A stretch of 63,167 bases of DNA, filler included, from Globobulimina sp. (taxonomy: Eukaryota), in assembly GCA_003354225.1 (NCBI GenBank). It is 47 parts of 47 records of this genome, joined end to end, with 100 filler letters (N's around TTAATTAATTAA, not from the genome) between each part and the next. Parts side by side here need not be neighbours in the genome. Positions count along the whole stretch, not along the records: positions 12,125 to 13,371 come from PIVH01020181.1; positions 13,472 to 14,718 come from PIVH01020182.1; positions 14,819 to 16,065 come from PIVH01020183.1; positions 16,166 to 17,412 come from PIVH01020184.1; positions 17,513 to 18,759 come from PIVH01020185.1; positions 18,860 to 20,106 come from PIVH01020186.1; positions 20,207 to 21,453 come from PIVH01020187.1; positions 21,554 to 22,800 come from PIVH01020188.1; 39 more parts are not named here. One strand, written 5' to 3'. Under the pieces are notes generated by a model that worked only from the letters and a program-made list of their open reading frames with translations, searched no databases and was not told where the DNA came from. This document shows positions 12,125 through 24,247 of this stretch, one piece after another; the first letter of the stretch is position 1, and every line of letters starts with the position of its first letter. Made by a program: the position numbers and the translations under genes.

Positions 12125-13371
12125 GTTTGTCTGATATCGCTCAAAATTTCCAAAACAGCATTTCCAATCCATTCAAAATCAGACAATTCATGATATATTT
12201 GACACGATACTCTCATATACCATTCACCTTCAAATGTTACTATTGGTACCAATGTATAGTACTCATTCTGCAATCTATCCAAAATTAACATCGCTTCATT
12301 TTGATTGTTTGTGGGTAATATTGGATTAATCATAGAAGCAATATTCTCTTCATTGTAAATCAGCAATGACGTATTCCACATTTCCGTCAATATTTTCCCA
12401 CCATCAATACATATGTTATGCAAATATCGAATAATATTTCCATCACCAAATTTCTGTCTAAAGTCCAATGCTCCATTCATACTCAACCAAATACTGTCAT
12501 CCATAGTCCCCTGATAATTAAATTGAGTTTGCATAGTTCCTTCAGATTCACTCGATATAACCGCTGGAAACACAATATCTTGAAACTCTTTTTTGACATA
12601 AATTACAGCACTGCCTCGTGTAGAAAATAACCATTTGTGCCCATTTGCTAACCAAATATCTGCATCCAACTCAGTCATATTAACATCAATGGAGCCCATA
12701 GCATGTGCTGCATCTATCAATGTGATAATATCATACCTACGAAACAACTGCGTGATGCTTTTAACATCGTATAACACGGAGGGCCCAGAAGCAATATGGC
12801 TGACTGATGCCATATAAATGGTGATATTCTTACCACTCAATGTGTTTTCTAAAAACGTTTCTAACTCTTTTAATAAATAACTGCTATTTGACATCATGCG
12901 CTTAGTGACAGCAAATTCAATGACTTGGTCTCCCGCAGACAATGGAGCATTGTTAATAAAGTTGAGGGTATTCTTAACCATTCCATATGCTGTGTTAAAT
13001 TGCAATACTTTACAGCTTGTGATATTATTCTGACATTTGCCATTATACAATTTCTGTGTTATGGAGCGTAATACAGCATTCATGCCATGCGACGCATTGA
13101 TAATATATGCTAAATCTGTCCAATCTGCAATGCCTAAATATTGCGCTAATCGTTGTAATAATTCATCCAATGGTGAATCTCGATCGCTAGAGCTTTTTTT
13201 GAACCAACAACTTGGACATGCCTCGATTTCTAACCTTTTTTCCATTTGATAGTTGATTACATCGTGTGGTGCGTTTCCTGTTTCATGTCAAGTTTAATTA
13301 ATATGGATTGGAGAATGTAGCACATGCAATATGTACACTGTACACACCATATGCACCAAAATTGAATTCAT
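12125..13371 (-). CDS. PLP-dependent class V aminotransferase (isopenicillin-N epimerase / L-cysteine desulfhydrase / Egt2-like)
   Basis: NFGAYG exon, intron, then NAS.G.NAVLRS, IDAAHAMG, NGHKWLF (PLP Lys), YQGT.D and RVSCQIY. Confidence 0.9.
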
Positions 13372-13588
13372 NNNNNNNNNNNNNNNNNNNNNNNNNNNNN
13401 NNNNNNNNNNNNNNNTTAATTAATTAANNNNNNNNNNNNNNNNNNNNNNNNNNNNNNNNNNNNNNNNNNNNTCATCCCTCTCGGAAACATGTACAAATCA
13501 TAAATGTCCCTCTAAAATTCATACAAATAAAAAAAAAACTTAGTCCAAACACAAAAAAAAAACTTAGTCCAATCACAAGCAAAAATAA

Positions 13589-14482
13589 TTAAAAATGAAA
13601 ATGGAAATCACCTCCAAATCTGCCTTGATTTCTTGCATTTTGAAAAATATCCATAATTTGATTTAATCCTAATCCATTCATGCAATTCGATGATCGATTT
13701 TGTTGACCGCTTTGATTATATAATAATGGGCCGCGATAATAATTTTGTAATCTATTTACATTGCTCGCTCCATACTGTGTTCCTCGTATTGCACTTTGAC
13801 TCATATTCTGCGAAAAATAATTTTGAGGCATTATTTGCCGCCCACAATCTGCCAATTCCTCATCATAAATAGCAGCGGTACGAACTGACATATTTGCGGT
13901 TTGTTCCTTATTAATAGAAGGTGGACGCAATATATTTAAATCCATATTTGTATTATTTGTGTCATTGCCAATTGGCACAAATGTAGGCTCTGTTTGTTGT
14001 TTTTCTGCTTTTTCTTTTGCTGCCTTTTCTTTTGCTGCCTCCAACGCCACAATTTTTTGTCTTAATTTCTGTAATTCATCATCTTTTTTTTGTATTTCTT
14101 GTTGCTGTTTTTCTGATTCTTGTTGCTGTTTTTGTGTTGTTTCAAATTCATCAAAAACGCCCATTTCAAGCATCATTAATAACTCACTGTCTTTAATGTA
14201 ATCTCCTTTTAAATGCTTATTTGCCTGTTTTGGCGCAGAAACATTATTATTTATAGTTTGTGGCGGCGCGTTGTCAGTATTTGCTGCATTTTTGCGACGC
14301 ATTCCAAAGCCCGGCGGTTGGTCGTTGTTATTTGGATTCGTTGGTTGTTCACAGATTTGGCAAAATTTCCTTTCTGGGGCATTGGTATATGTACATATTT
14401 TACAATCCCAATGCGGCTGTTCTGACATTTGCGGCTGTTGTGATTGCGGCTGTTGTGATTGCAATGGTTCTAATACATCCAT
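13589..14482 (-). CDS. RanBP2/NZF zinc-finger, Q/N-rich coiled-coil protein
   Basis: WDCKICTYTN...CQIC, with the TY dipeptide seen in ubiquitin-binding NZFs; ATG at 14482. Confidence 0.8.
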   Translation of the reverse strand: MDVLEPLQSQQPQSQQPQMSEQPHWDCKICTYTNAPERKFCQICEQPTNPNNNDQPPGFGMRRKNAANTDNAPPQTINNNVSAPKQANKHLKGDYIKDSELLMMLEMGVFDEFETTQKQQQESEKQQQEIQKKDDELQKLRQKIVALEAAKEKAAKEKAEKQQTEPTFVPIGNDTNNTNMDLNILRPPSINKEQTANMSVRTAAIYDEELADCGRQIMPQNYFSQNMSQSAIRGTQYGASNVNRLQNYYRGPLLYNQSGQQNRSSNCMNGLGLNQIMDIFQNARNQGRFGGDFHFHF

Positions 14483-14818
14483 CGGCGACGAGCGAGTTGC
14501 TATATACACAACAAACAGAAAGATGAAATCCATGATAAAAAGAAAAAACTTTGCCAAGCTGAAAAAGTTAAGCTTGTAAAATGCGCATTTTTCTTGGAAA
14601 CCGCATAGAAACGTTACCCGCTCTGATCTGAAAACGTCATATCAGTTCTCGACGTCGTCTCGAACGGAAACAACATTTTACGATCATCGGGAATTTGAAC
14701 GTATACAAACACACAAAANNNNNNNNNNNNNNNNNNNNNNNNNNNNNNNNNNNNNNNNNNNNTTAATTAATTAANNNNNNNNNNNNNNNNNNNNNNNNNN
14801 NNNNNNNNNNNNNNNNNN

Positions 14819-15886
14819 ACTGCTTTTGTGTTGGAAGCATTTATCTCTCAATACGAGAACAATGAAAATGAAAATAGACGAAGTAACGATGAAAATGAAA
14901 ACGAAACAGATAATGAGGACACAAATACAAAGAAAAATAATAGCAATACGTCTGCAGCTGATGATAAATTAGAGAATGAAATTGAAACGAGAATGCATGC
15001 GGTTATCAAATTGTTTCGAGCAGAAAATGAAGTGAAAATATTCCATTACACACGTAAATTATCAAAAGCTCTCTTTTATGAACAACTTTATCCACAGTTG
15101 TTTCAACAAAATGAGGACGAAAAGTTAAATTTGACGCAGAGGAGTGATATTAACAGCATATATTCAAACTATACCCAGAGATTAAGTGGTAATAATATTA
15201 ATATTAAGAAGAATTATAAACACAGTGATTATGATCCCATTCGAAAACTGGGCATTTTTAAGCCAAAAACCAATGTAATCGAAGAGGAAAATGATGATCA
15301 TTTTGCGGAGGTACTTGATATTAACAACTCACAGCAACAGTTAATAACACCAATGCAGGACATTAGTGGACTGGAAGTGATTAAATCTGACAATTCAATG
15401 GATTTTGCCCATTTTGCGAAAGCTGCTGATCATAATAGTAACAATACGACGATAACATTACATAATACAGAGAACAGCAACACATTTGTTGTCAACAAAC
15501 GAGAGTCAATATCGATGGATAACGTTGATAATGATACACCAACATTTGCAGCTGTCGGACATAGCAATGACGAAACTCAAACTGAAAATGATACCAAACA
15601 TAAAATGGATTTTAGTATTGATTCATTATCAAATATAACTGCAATAAATCAAACGGATTCAATTATACCAACATTGCACACGCCGAGTACCTCAAATGTG
15701 CATGCAAATTATTTCGATATTGCCCCGACCGCATCAGCACTCATCACTGCAAATAAAAATAAGTATCACTTTATTACCATGCCATCACATGTAAATAAAA
15801 AAACATCAGTAAAAAGTGGAACTAAATTGGTATCTTCACAAGTCTCCAAGTTGAATAATGTTAAAATTCAAAGACAGCATAAATAA
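14819..15886 (+). CDS. N/E-rich low-complexity protein C-terminus
   Basis: ORF of about 350 aa open from the contig edge. Confidence 0.6.
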   Translation, partial: TAFVLEAFISQYENNENENRRSNDENENETDNEDTNTKKNNSNTSAADDKLENEIETRMHAVIKLFRAENEVKIFHYTRKLSKALFYEQLYPQLFQQNEDEKLNLTQRSDINSIYSNYTQRLSGNNINIKKNYKHSDYDPIRKLGIFKPKTNVIEEENDDHFAEVLDINNSQQQLITPMQDISGLEVIKSDNSMDFAHFAKAADHNSNNTTITLHNTENSNTFVVNKRESISMDNVDNDTPTFAAVGHSNDETQTENDTKHKMDFSIDSLSNITAINQTDSIIPTLHTPSTSNVHANYFDIAPTASALITANKNKYHFITMPSHVNKKTSVKSGTKLVSSQVSKLNNVKIQRQHK

Positions 15887-16165
15887 AGTTTTGGAATTTG
15901 TATTGTTGTGTGATAATCTTTTTTTGTTGTTGCTTATGTTTTGTGACTATATTATTGCATATATCATTCTTTTTTGTTTAATTCAACGACAAACCAGCAC
16001 TTATCGGAAAGCCTAATTAATCCAAAAAAAGTTTTTTGATGATCAAATAAGAAAAATCTTTTGAANNNNNNNNNNNNNNNNNNNNNNNNNNNNNNNNNNN
16101 NNNNNNNNNTTAATTAATTAANNNNNNNNNNNNNNNNNNNNNNNNNNNNNNNNNNNNNNNNNNNN

Positions 16166-16968
16166 CTTTGCGGAAATCCTTTCCTTTCTAATTCTTGTTG
16201 AATTTTGTTGTTTGGTAGAAATGAATTAAATGTTTTTCGAAGATTTGCTGATTTTGGTGTATGTACAACGTCAATTAGTTGCGAAGCACGTTTAGACATT
16301 TCGGCAAAGTCAAGTTCCGGTTGGTCTTCTTCGTCGGAGATGGAATGCCGTGGCCCGTTGTTCTGTATACAAATAAACAGTTATAGTGGTACACAATTAA
16401 CAAAATATTAATACTAAACATTGATTTCTTGCAGACATAGCAGCCAATGGTTTGCGTCTGAAATCGAGTGACATTGAAATTGATAGTTTTTATTTTTGGC
16501 ATTAACAATGAGGAATTCTTTCGTAGATTGATTATTAGAATAAATTTTACAATTTGTTATGTCAATGTTATAGAGACATTTTCCCCTCTTTTCGTTGGCG
16601 TAAACGCATAAATATTTAGAATTCTCTATTCTGGCATGCCGCGACCTCCATTTGTTCATATTAAAGCGCTTTATATTTGGATTTGGAACAGTCGCTGCTT
16701 TTAATGCATTGTGTAAAAGTGTGGATAATTTTTTGTGCTTTTCTCCATTGGCGAATAGTTTTGGAAATGTTTGTGTTAAATGTTTCAGCACTGAACAATT
16801 ATTTATATCTTCTATATCAATTTTTAACGTCTCTTCGTCAAATTGTTTATCATTTATGTATTTTATAAATGCTGCGGCGACAATATTATCATATTCGATG
16901 GTCAATGCTTTCTTGATGTAATCTGCTGATTCGTTCTGATCAGTACTCATTTTGTTTAACAGTGCCAT
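16166..16968 (-). CDS. PH-domain protein (partial, intron at about 16366-16419)
   Basis: WRSRHARI..YLCVY...YQFQC.S..DANHWLLCLQ PH pattern. Confidence 0.75.
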
Positions 16969-17165
16969 GCATTATATTAATTGTGTGTGTACTTCAACTT
17001 AATATAAAAATAGCATCTTCAGACTTTCACTGTTTTTTTTTAAACTTAACCTCAACATTATTTACACATTTTTACACTGACGCTTTGCCAGTAGTGCTTT
17101 ACGAACAATCAACACAAGAAAAGACCGCAACAATCAACACAAGAAAAGCCTAAAAGGCTCAAATC

Positions 17166-17412
17166 ATGGATTTTGATATCTTTTTAGAAGAAGAGTTCAA
17201 TGATAACTGTAGCTCAGTGAGTGACTGCAAAGCCATCCGACGATTAGTGACCGCCTTGTTATATTATGGAGAATTAAGCAAAAGAGAGCGCGACGAAGCT
17301 TATGGCTTATCGATATTCAGTGAGTTTTTGCTTGAGACGTATCCGAATTATTTAAATGATAATATCCATTTAACAACGTCGCATGAAGCAGATTTAGAGA
17401 TTATTTATCTTT
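17166..17412 (+). CDS. N-terminus of a lineage-expanded helical protein family
   Basis: C..IRRL..AL.YY...F..F....Y...LND.IHL...H..DLE.I pattern, recalled from foraminiferan expanded families (inference). Confidence 0.55.
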
Positions 17413-17512
17413 NNNNNNNNNNNNNNNNNNNNNNNNNNNNNNNNNNNNNNNNNNNNTTAATTAATTAANNNNNNNNNNNNNNNNNNNNNNNNNNNNNNNN
17501 NNNNNNNNNNNN

Positions 17513-18345
17513 AACACTACACAGAGGGCATGATTTGGTATTTTTCAATATCCATTTTATATTTCCATACGATTTTAACTGCCTATCATTAGCATCGCAA
17601 TCTTTTCCTAAATGCGGTATTCCTTTACATTTTGGACAAAATAAATTGTTACAATTGGGACATGCAACAACGGATAAATGCAAATTTGCAATGGTTTCAA
17701 AAATGTTTTCACATTTTTGAGTCGGACACATAAAGAAATCTTCACAATGCTGTGTACAGTGTATTGTTTTTCATGTGTTGGCAGAGAGAAATATAATAAG
17801 TTAACTTCAATAAAATCAGCTCTGCAAAATCGTAAATATCGTTGATAATCTTCTTCATAATTTGGGGATAAAATGCGTTCAAAGAAATGCTGTTTGACCC
17901 ACAAATTGCACTGATATTGCGGACAAACGGTGAATACTGGTTTTTGTGTGATGTCTAACGTAATGGATCCAACAAAAATGGCATATTTTATGACCACATT
18001 CCATACCAAATAAATCATTATTTTTTCTCGTTTCCATACACATTGTACATTCCTTATATATGTCATTGCCAATTATTATTACATTATCATTGCCAATACT
18101 TTGCTTGTGACATATTATTCCAGTCTCTAACAATATTTGCTGTCAATAATCTCGTTCGAATCCCATCCATATTTTCTCAACAATAATAAACATTTTGTGG
18201 GATCTAAGTCCAATTTATCTGATAAAGCTTTTGTTTGTTTTTGTATCTCACGATTAATAATATCATTTGGAGCGGCATTCGGTTTCTGTAGCGCCCGATT
18301 GTTCTTATTTATATTTTTGCGTTGTTTCCTGGAAGAATTGCCCAT
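17513..18345 (-). pseudogene. Ariadne-like RBR E3 ubiquitin ligase with two frameshifts
   Basis: UBA-like LLLRKYGWD, RING1 (C..C..CGH..C..CW), IBR (CP...C..C..C..FC..C...H), RING2 start TKSCP.C; frame changes near 18135 and 17945. Confidence 0.8.
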
Positions 18346-18448
18346 CAAAAAAGAATAGTTTTGTTCTGTGAAAACCTTTCAAGCAATTAATATTAAAATA
18401 CATACTGTACAAACAAATTAATAATTATAGTAATATTATATTAATGTA

Positions 18449-18759
18449 TTAATCAAACAATACAAAACTAGCAGCATTATCAATTTCGTGTTGAATGGTT
18501 GCAATCTGATTTCTTAAATTAGCAATCTTATTTCTTTTATCATTGATCTTGTTATTCATAACATAAATTTTCCGATTTAATCGATTTCTTTCTTTTTTTA
18601 ATAATTGAAGCGGCGGTGTCATCTTATTACACAACACCTTATGATCACTAACCTTTTGTAATAATTTCAATCTCCACTCGGAATAATCATATCCATAAAA
18701 GCCAATTGGTATCATCGGTATAATATGCTTTTTACTTTCTGGAAAGACAGCATTGATTT
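18449..18759 (-). CDS. Coiled-coil protein C-terminus (partial)
   Basis: Heptad-rich ORF open to the contig edge. Confidence 0.45.
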
Positions 18760-19139
18760 NNNNNNNNNNNNNNNNNNNNNNNNNNNNNNNNNNNNNNNNN
18801 NNNTTAATTAATTAANNNNNNNNNNNNNNNNNNNNNNNNNNNNNNNNNNNNNNNNNNNNTTTCAAAGTAACAGTGTACATTCAATTGCAGCATCATTCAA
18901 AAAGTTGTATCACAAAAAACCTGACGCCTTGGTATTGATTAAAAAAAACAACGCTACAACAAACAATAATATTAATGTAAATTTGTTGCATTCTATAATT
19001 GAGAATGTTGCGAATATTCCCATTCTGATTGCAACTTCATCTCAAAATGATGTATTATTATTTAAATTTGATATCAATAATTTGCTTGATTGATCACAAA
19101 GTTTTTGGCAAAAAGTTTAGATTGTGTTTACTAGAAACA

Positions 19140-19601
19140 ATGGAAAAAGAGATTTGGATTGGAATTGTTTTATTGGTTTTAGGGTTTTTATTTGCTGTTG
19201 TATCTGAGATTACTAATCCCCAACAGGACTATGTGATGTATTCATTTATATTTGGTGGGTTAGAATTTATTATCTGGATCATTTTTGTTCCAATGTATCA
19301 CTCTGCTGCAAAAAAAAAAAGAATAGTAAATAATTCTAAAGGCGAATCTAGCTTTAGAATAGTAAGCTGGACACTTTATGGCATTGGAATTGTTCACGGA
19401 TTACTTCTATTTCAGTGGGGATTAGTCAATGGAGGGGACAATTTGGTTCCGGATAGCATGATTCTTGTAAATGCATTGGTGTTGTTGATGGCTGCAGTAT
19501 TTATGTTTATTGATTATCAGAAATCTGGTGATATTGATATGGATGACAAACTCTATCCTATGACGGCGCAGCGTGATCAAAAAAAGGACAATGCGCCATA
19601 A
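19140..19601 (+). CDS. Small 4-TM membrane protein
   Basis: Four hydrophobic helices; ATG at 19140. Confidence 0.7.
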   Translation: MEKEIWIGIVLLVLGFLFAVVSEITNPQQDYVMYSFIFGGLEFIIWIIFVPMYHSAAKKKRIVNNSKGESSFRIVSWTLYGIGIVHGLLLFQWGLVNGGDNLVPDSMILVNALVLLMAAVFMFIDYQKSGDIDMDDKLYPMTAQRDQKKDNAP

Positions 19602-20869
19602 AAACGTTTCTGATTCTGACCATAAAAACGTTTTTGTGCTGACTCTATTGGAAAGGAACTTTCTTTTTTACTTTCTCTCTTTTGGGTTTTATGTTTGTAG
19701 GGTTGACCAATATTTTCACTGCATATCAGGGACTGAATCACGTGGAATATACTATGCTACAAAGAGAAATATTTTAATTAATTAATTAGGGTAAGGAAAG
19801 ACGTAAAGAAAGAAACAAAATCTTAGAAAAGAAATAAAATCTAATCCACTACAACAATCTCTTCCGATGGAGCCGAAGATACATCCTTTTCTATATACTT
19901 TTCATTTATTTTTAATTGTTCTTCAATTCTCACAGAATATGGTGTCGGCGTTGGATGGATATTGAATTGATTTGCAAATAATTCATTTTTCATTCTGGGA
20001 AACATATCGTTAATTTTATTCCATGTTTTAATAGGATCATTATCATCATTTTCAGATATTATATTATTATCAATCATCACTCTTAATACGTTTTTTAAGT
20101 TTTGTTNNNNNNNNNNNNNNNNNNNNNNNNNNNNNNNNNNNNNNNNNNNNTTAATTAATTAANNNNNNNNNNNNNNNNNNNNNNNNNNNNNNNNNNNNNN
20201 NNNNNNGATCACAGGTTTCTATTTTGTTTGTTGCGTGAATTAAAGCACATATTTTGTTGTTCTGAATAATATGGACTGCTCTACAATCAATTGCAATCAG
20301 TTTAATTAGCAGCATATTTTATAAAGTTAAGGGTGTCATGGTATCTGGTCTCCGCTTTTTTTTATTTTGACGATATATATATATATAAACATGAAAAAAA
20401 GAAATAGTTTTAACGAATTGAAAAAAGAAATAAATCCCAATGTTAATTCACAACAAAGCATTAATAAAAATGAACAAAAAGAAAAATCGATATTTATAAA
20501 TTACACATAATATGCCAGCACTGATCAACATGGAATCTACATTCTGATGATACCATTTATCTGTCTGCCAATGTTTGCCATGTAACAGATATCGATATAT
20601 TAATCACATACTTCTCAAATTAATTCAATTGGTTATGTTGATTCTGATTGCATAATTTCCGAGTACTGTACTATAAAATAATGCTACTTAAAAGTAAGAG
20701 GATATTAATCTGTTCCATCACAGATTAAAGCCGTGGATTTGAAATGTAATTTTTTGATGGTAAACAGCGGATTATTTTCAATTAATGATATGGTTGGAAT
20801 CAATGGTAGACCATGATAAAATGCATAGTTTTTCTCGTGTTCATAGAGCTATTCTTGGAATACTTCATG

Positions 20870-21340
20870 TAAATACTATATAAATGGCTTTTTTTCATAT
20901 ATAAATGGCTTTTTCATATATAAATGACATATAAATGAGGGTGTTTCTTATAAATGAACCCCCTAAATGACTTTTTTAAGAAATAAAATGAAATCGCTTA
21001 TAAATGAAATCGCTATATTTTTAAGAAATAAAATCTTATAAATACTATATAAACGATCAAAAAATTTGTAAAATTTCTATTTTTTGAAAAATATTTTGAA
21101 AAAACTATATAAATGATATATAAATAGCCTATATAAATGGCTTTTTTTGGGTATATAAATAACTTTTGTTTATATAAATGACTTTTGAAAAAATAATTAA
21201 AATTTTTCATTTACATACCATTTGTATATAAATTAATTCAAAAAAATACCAATTCATATAAATGGCTATATAACTAACCTTATAACTGACTAATTAATAT
21301 CAAATGATATAAATGGGTATATAACTAACATATAAGTGAC
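20870..21340 (+). repeat. Dense co-oriented TATAAATG motif array
   Basis: About a dozen TATAAATG copies plus variants (TATAAATA, TATAACT) at irregular spacing. Confidence 0.7.
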
Positions 21341-21554
21341 TATATCAATTGTTTGTTTAAGAAAAAAATGACAGAATTAATTTAAACAAAATGTGTTTAA
21401 TTTAATTTCAAACAAAGTCTTTAATTTGTAGTTGAACTTGAACCACTTGTAAANNNNNNNNNNNNNNNNNNNNNNNNNNNNNNNNNNNNNNNNNNNNTTA
21501 ATTAATTAANNNNNNNNNNNNNNNNNNNNNNNNNNNNNNNNNNNNNNNNNNNNT

Positions 21555-21872
21555 AGTTATGAGGGTGATACTGATACAGCGAAAGAATTCGAAGTTGATG
21601 CGTTTAACTTAAAATATGTTGATATTATTACAAGATATGCGTTACTTAGTTCCCTTGCGGTGTGGCAAATGTTTGGACCGGTACCAATCCCAGCTCTGGC
21701 TGCTGTGGCAGTGGATGAGATATCAATAATTAAATTGATCCAATGCCTATTATTACCAGTTGATGCTGTATTAAATGTGTGGTGTATTTATTTTAACAAT
21801 GCATTTTCAACCACTGTATATTATAAAGTGTGTGGAAAATGTCATATGTCATGTAAGAAATGTTTAACTTGA
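21555..21872 (+). CDS. C-terminus of Cys-tailed 7TM (GPCR-like) family protein
   Basis: ITRYALL...VDAVLNVWCIYF..AFS..VY.KVCGKCH..C, the same tail motif as 32481 and 43092. Confidence 0.7.
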   Translation, partial: SYEGDTDTAKEFEVDAFNLKYVDIITRYALLSSLAVWQMFGPVPIPALAAVAVDEISIIKLIQCLLLPVDAVLNVWCIYFNNAFSTTVYYKVCGKCHMSCKKCLT

Positions 21873-22207
21873 ATATAATTAAATTTTAATTAAAGTTGCT
21901 CCTCTTTAGTTTATGCACAAATTATCCATTGTCATATTCTGAATATGATATCCTTGCACTGCATGTAGTCTGTACATAGACTTTGTTTTTGATTCGTGTC
22001 ATTCGTCACTTACAGTTGCGAAAAACAGTATATTTTGGGATTAATTCATATTTGAACATAGTAACAAGGCGTTCATATGATAAAAAAATACAGAAATCCA
22101 ATCTTTATTCATTGCTCTTTCCATTTGTATATGTCTGACTATCACGTGTATGCTCTCATACGACACTGCGTAATGACTGAAATAAGTGCCACTGCAGTTA
22201 CTCAGCA

Positions 22208-22273
22208 CCAACGCACAGGATTTGAACCTGAATCTTCTGGATTAATCCAGTGCTCTGCTTGAGCTATACGACC
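22208..22273 (-). pseudogene. tRNA-derived sequence (pseudo-tRNA or SINE head)
   Basis: GGTCGTA TA GCTC-AAGCA-GAGC A CTGGA-TTAA-TCCAG AAGAT TCAGG-TTCAAAT-CCTG TGCGTTG: A box and B box, D, anticodon and T stems; 4-nt anticodon loop and imperfect acceptor stem. Confidence 0.7.
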
Positions 22274-22934
22274 ATTTTTATTACATTTACCATTATTGAT
22301 TTTCTATGTGGATGTTTATTTTTCAAATGAATTATAAACCAGACAGTGAAACAGCTGAGGACATACTACGAGACTAAATTATTAATCCACGCAGCTGGCA
22401 AGCAATCCTCTTAAAGATAAGTTAACATTAAAAGTTAACGTTTAAAAAAACCGTTAGTAGACTAAAGTCAATTAAGTTCGGAGCTTAAAAGTTAGAAACT
22501 ATTCTTTGTTTAATACCGAAGGGCTTTAGCTGCAAGCGTTCTAAAAAGTGATTCTTGTCCTTTTGGAACATCTATCGAGATATATATATCCAAAAATTCA
22601 TTTCAAAATTACCTCTTGCATAAAATTATTATACTCATAAACACACATAAAAAGCATGGGTGGTTCCATAATAGTGATAATACAGCATCAGAAATTCCAT
22701 GTTATAATTTTTTGTTTGATATTTTGTGGAATTACTGATGTGTTTTTTTTATATAAAATTACAAAGTATACAAACATATACAACAGAAAAACAAACAAAA
22801 NNNNNNNNNNNNNNNNNNNNNNNNNNNNNNNNNNNNNNNNNNNNTTAATTAATTAANNNNNNNNNNNNNNNNNNNNNNNNNNNNNNNNNNNNNNNNNNNN
22901 ATCAAATTATATTTGTTTTTGTGTTTTTGCACAG

Positions 22935-24147
22935 ATCGAATGGTATATGAGTGCGGTGCTACTTTTTTAGCGACACAAAATAACGAAGTGTATATTCTAA
23001 ACCTATCCAATGTGCAGCATGTTTTTATTGATGCTTGTTATGATAAAGCAGCAGATATTAAATGCTATGACCTGTATTTCTATGATTCAAACGATTGGAA
23101 AATAGAAATGTATGAATATGATAATGACTGTCGTTGCCATCAAATATTGTCCAACATATCTGGCGATATATATACATTACAGATTGACAGTTATACGGAA
23201 AGCACAAACTACACAGTATCCATCGGCTGTGGTATTAATGAATGTGATCGCTGCGTGCAAGAGATATCATGCAACAACACATACGAAGGCACGTTGGACG
23301 AAGATAGGAATATTGTTTATTACTATTTTGATTATGTTAATCATGATCAATCCACAGTGATTTTTGATTCGTGTGGGTCTGCGGGCGATACATATTTATA
23401 TTTATACGACATAGATATGAATTTATTATTTGAAGCCGATGATGACGGTCTCTGTGGAACCAGATCGCAAATGAAACTCAACGCATTATCAACTGGCAAA
23501 TATATTTTTGGAATCAGTACATTCAAACCAGAAAGAGATCGGACAGAGTTGAGCTGGCAAATTGAAGTACTGTGCGGTTTCAATATTAGCGTTTCTGCAG
23601 ATATCGATGCATCGCCATATATTGCAAGACACTTTGGAAGAGACGACACAAGTTGGTCAACAGCAGAAACCTTTTGTGAGAATGCGTATGGTTCAACATT
23701 AAGTACAATAATCAGTCAGCAAGATAAAAATGATAGTTTGCAACTTATTGTTCCTATAATCAAAAAATATGTAATAGCACAAAGCACATATCGAGTTTGG
23801 ATTGGTTTGATGAAGTATAATAACAGTGAACCACAATGGGTTTCTGGCGCTCCTTGGTATGATTTAACATATAATATACACGTTATATTAATTAAAATAA
23901 TATGAAGGAATGGGACAACTGTATCTATGATCTGCGATGATTACCAGAGTGAGTTTGCCGTTGTTGATGATATGCGTAACATAAATTTGTTTGGTGCGTA
24001 TTTGTATATTGTCATGAATTCTAATTCTAGCGGAACAATAGAGTCCGTTAGCATATGTTTCACAGACTTTACAACTCAATTTAACGATTTCTCCATGGCA
24101 CTTTGTAACAATGCTGATGGAAGACATAAAGTGGCAAACTGCTCAGA
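22935..24147 (+). CDS. Extracellular protein with PPC-like beta domain(s) and C-type lectin-like domain (partial)
   Basis: FDSCGS..DTYLYL..DDDG.CG..L..G.Y motif; W..AE..C....LSTI...VWIGL...W..G. Confidence 0.75.
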
Positions 24148-24247
24148 NNNNNNNNNNNNNNNNNNNNNNNNNNNNNNNNNNNNNNNNNNNNTTAATTAAT
24201 TAANNNNNNNNNNNNNNNNNNNNNNNNNNNNNNNNNNNNNNNNNNNN

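Noticed and set aside
22208..22273. Functional tRNA
   Set aside because: 4-nt anticodon loop, shortened D loop and mismatched acceptor stem.
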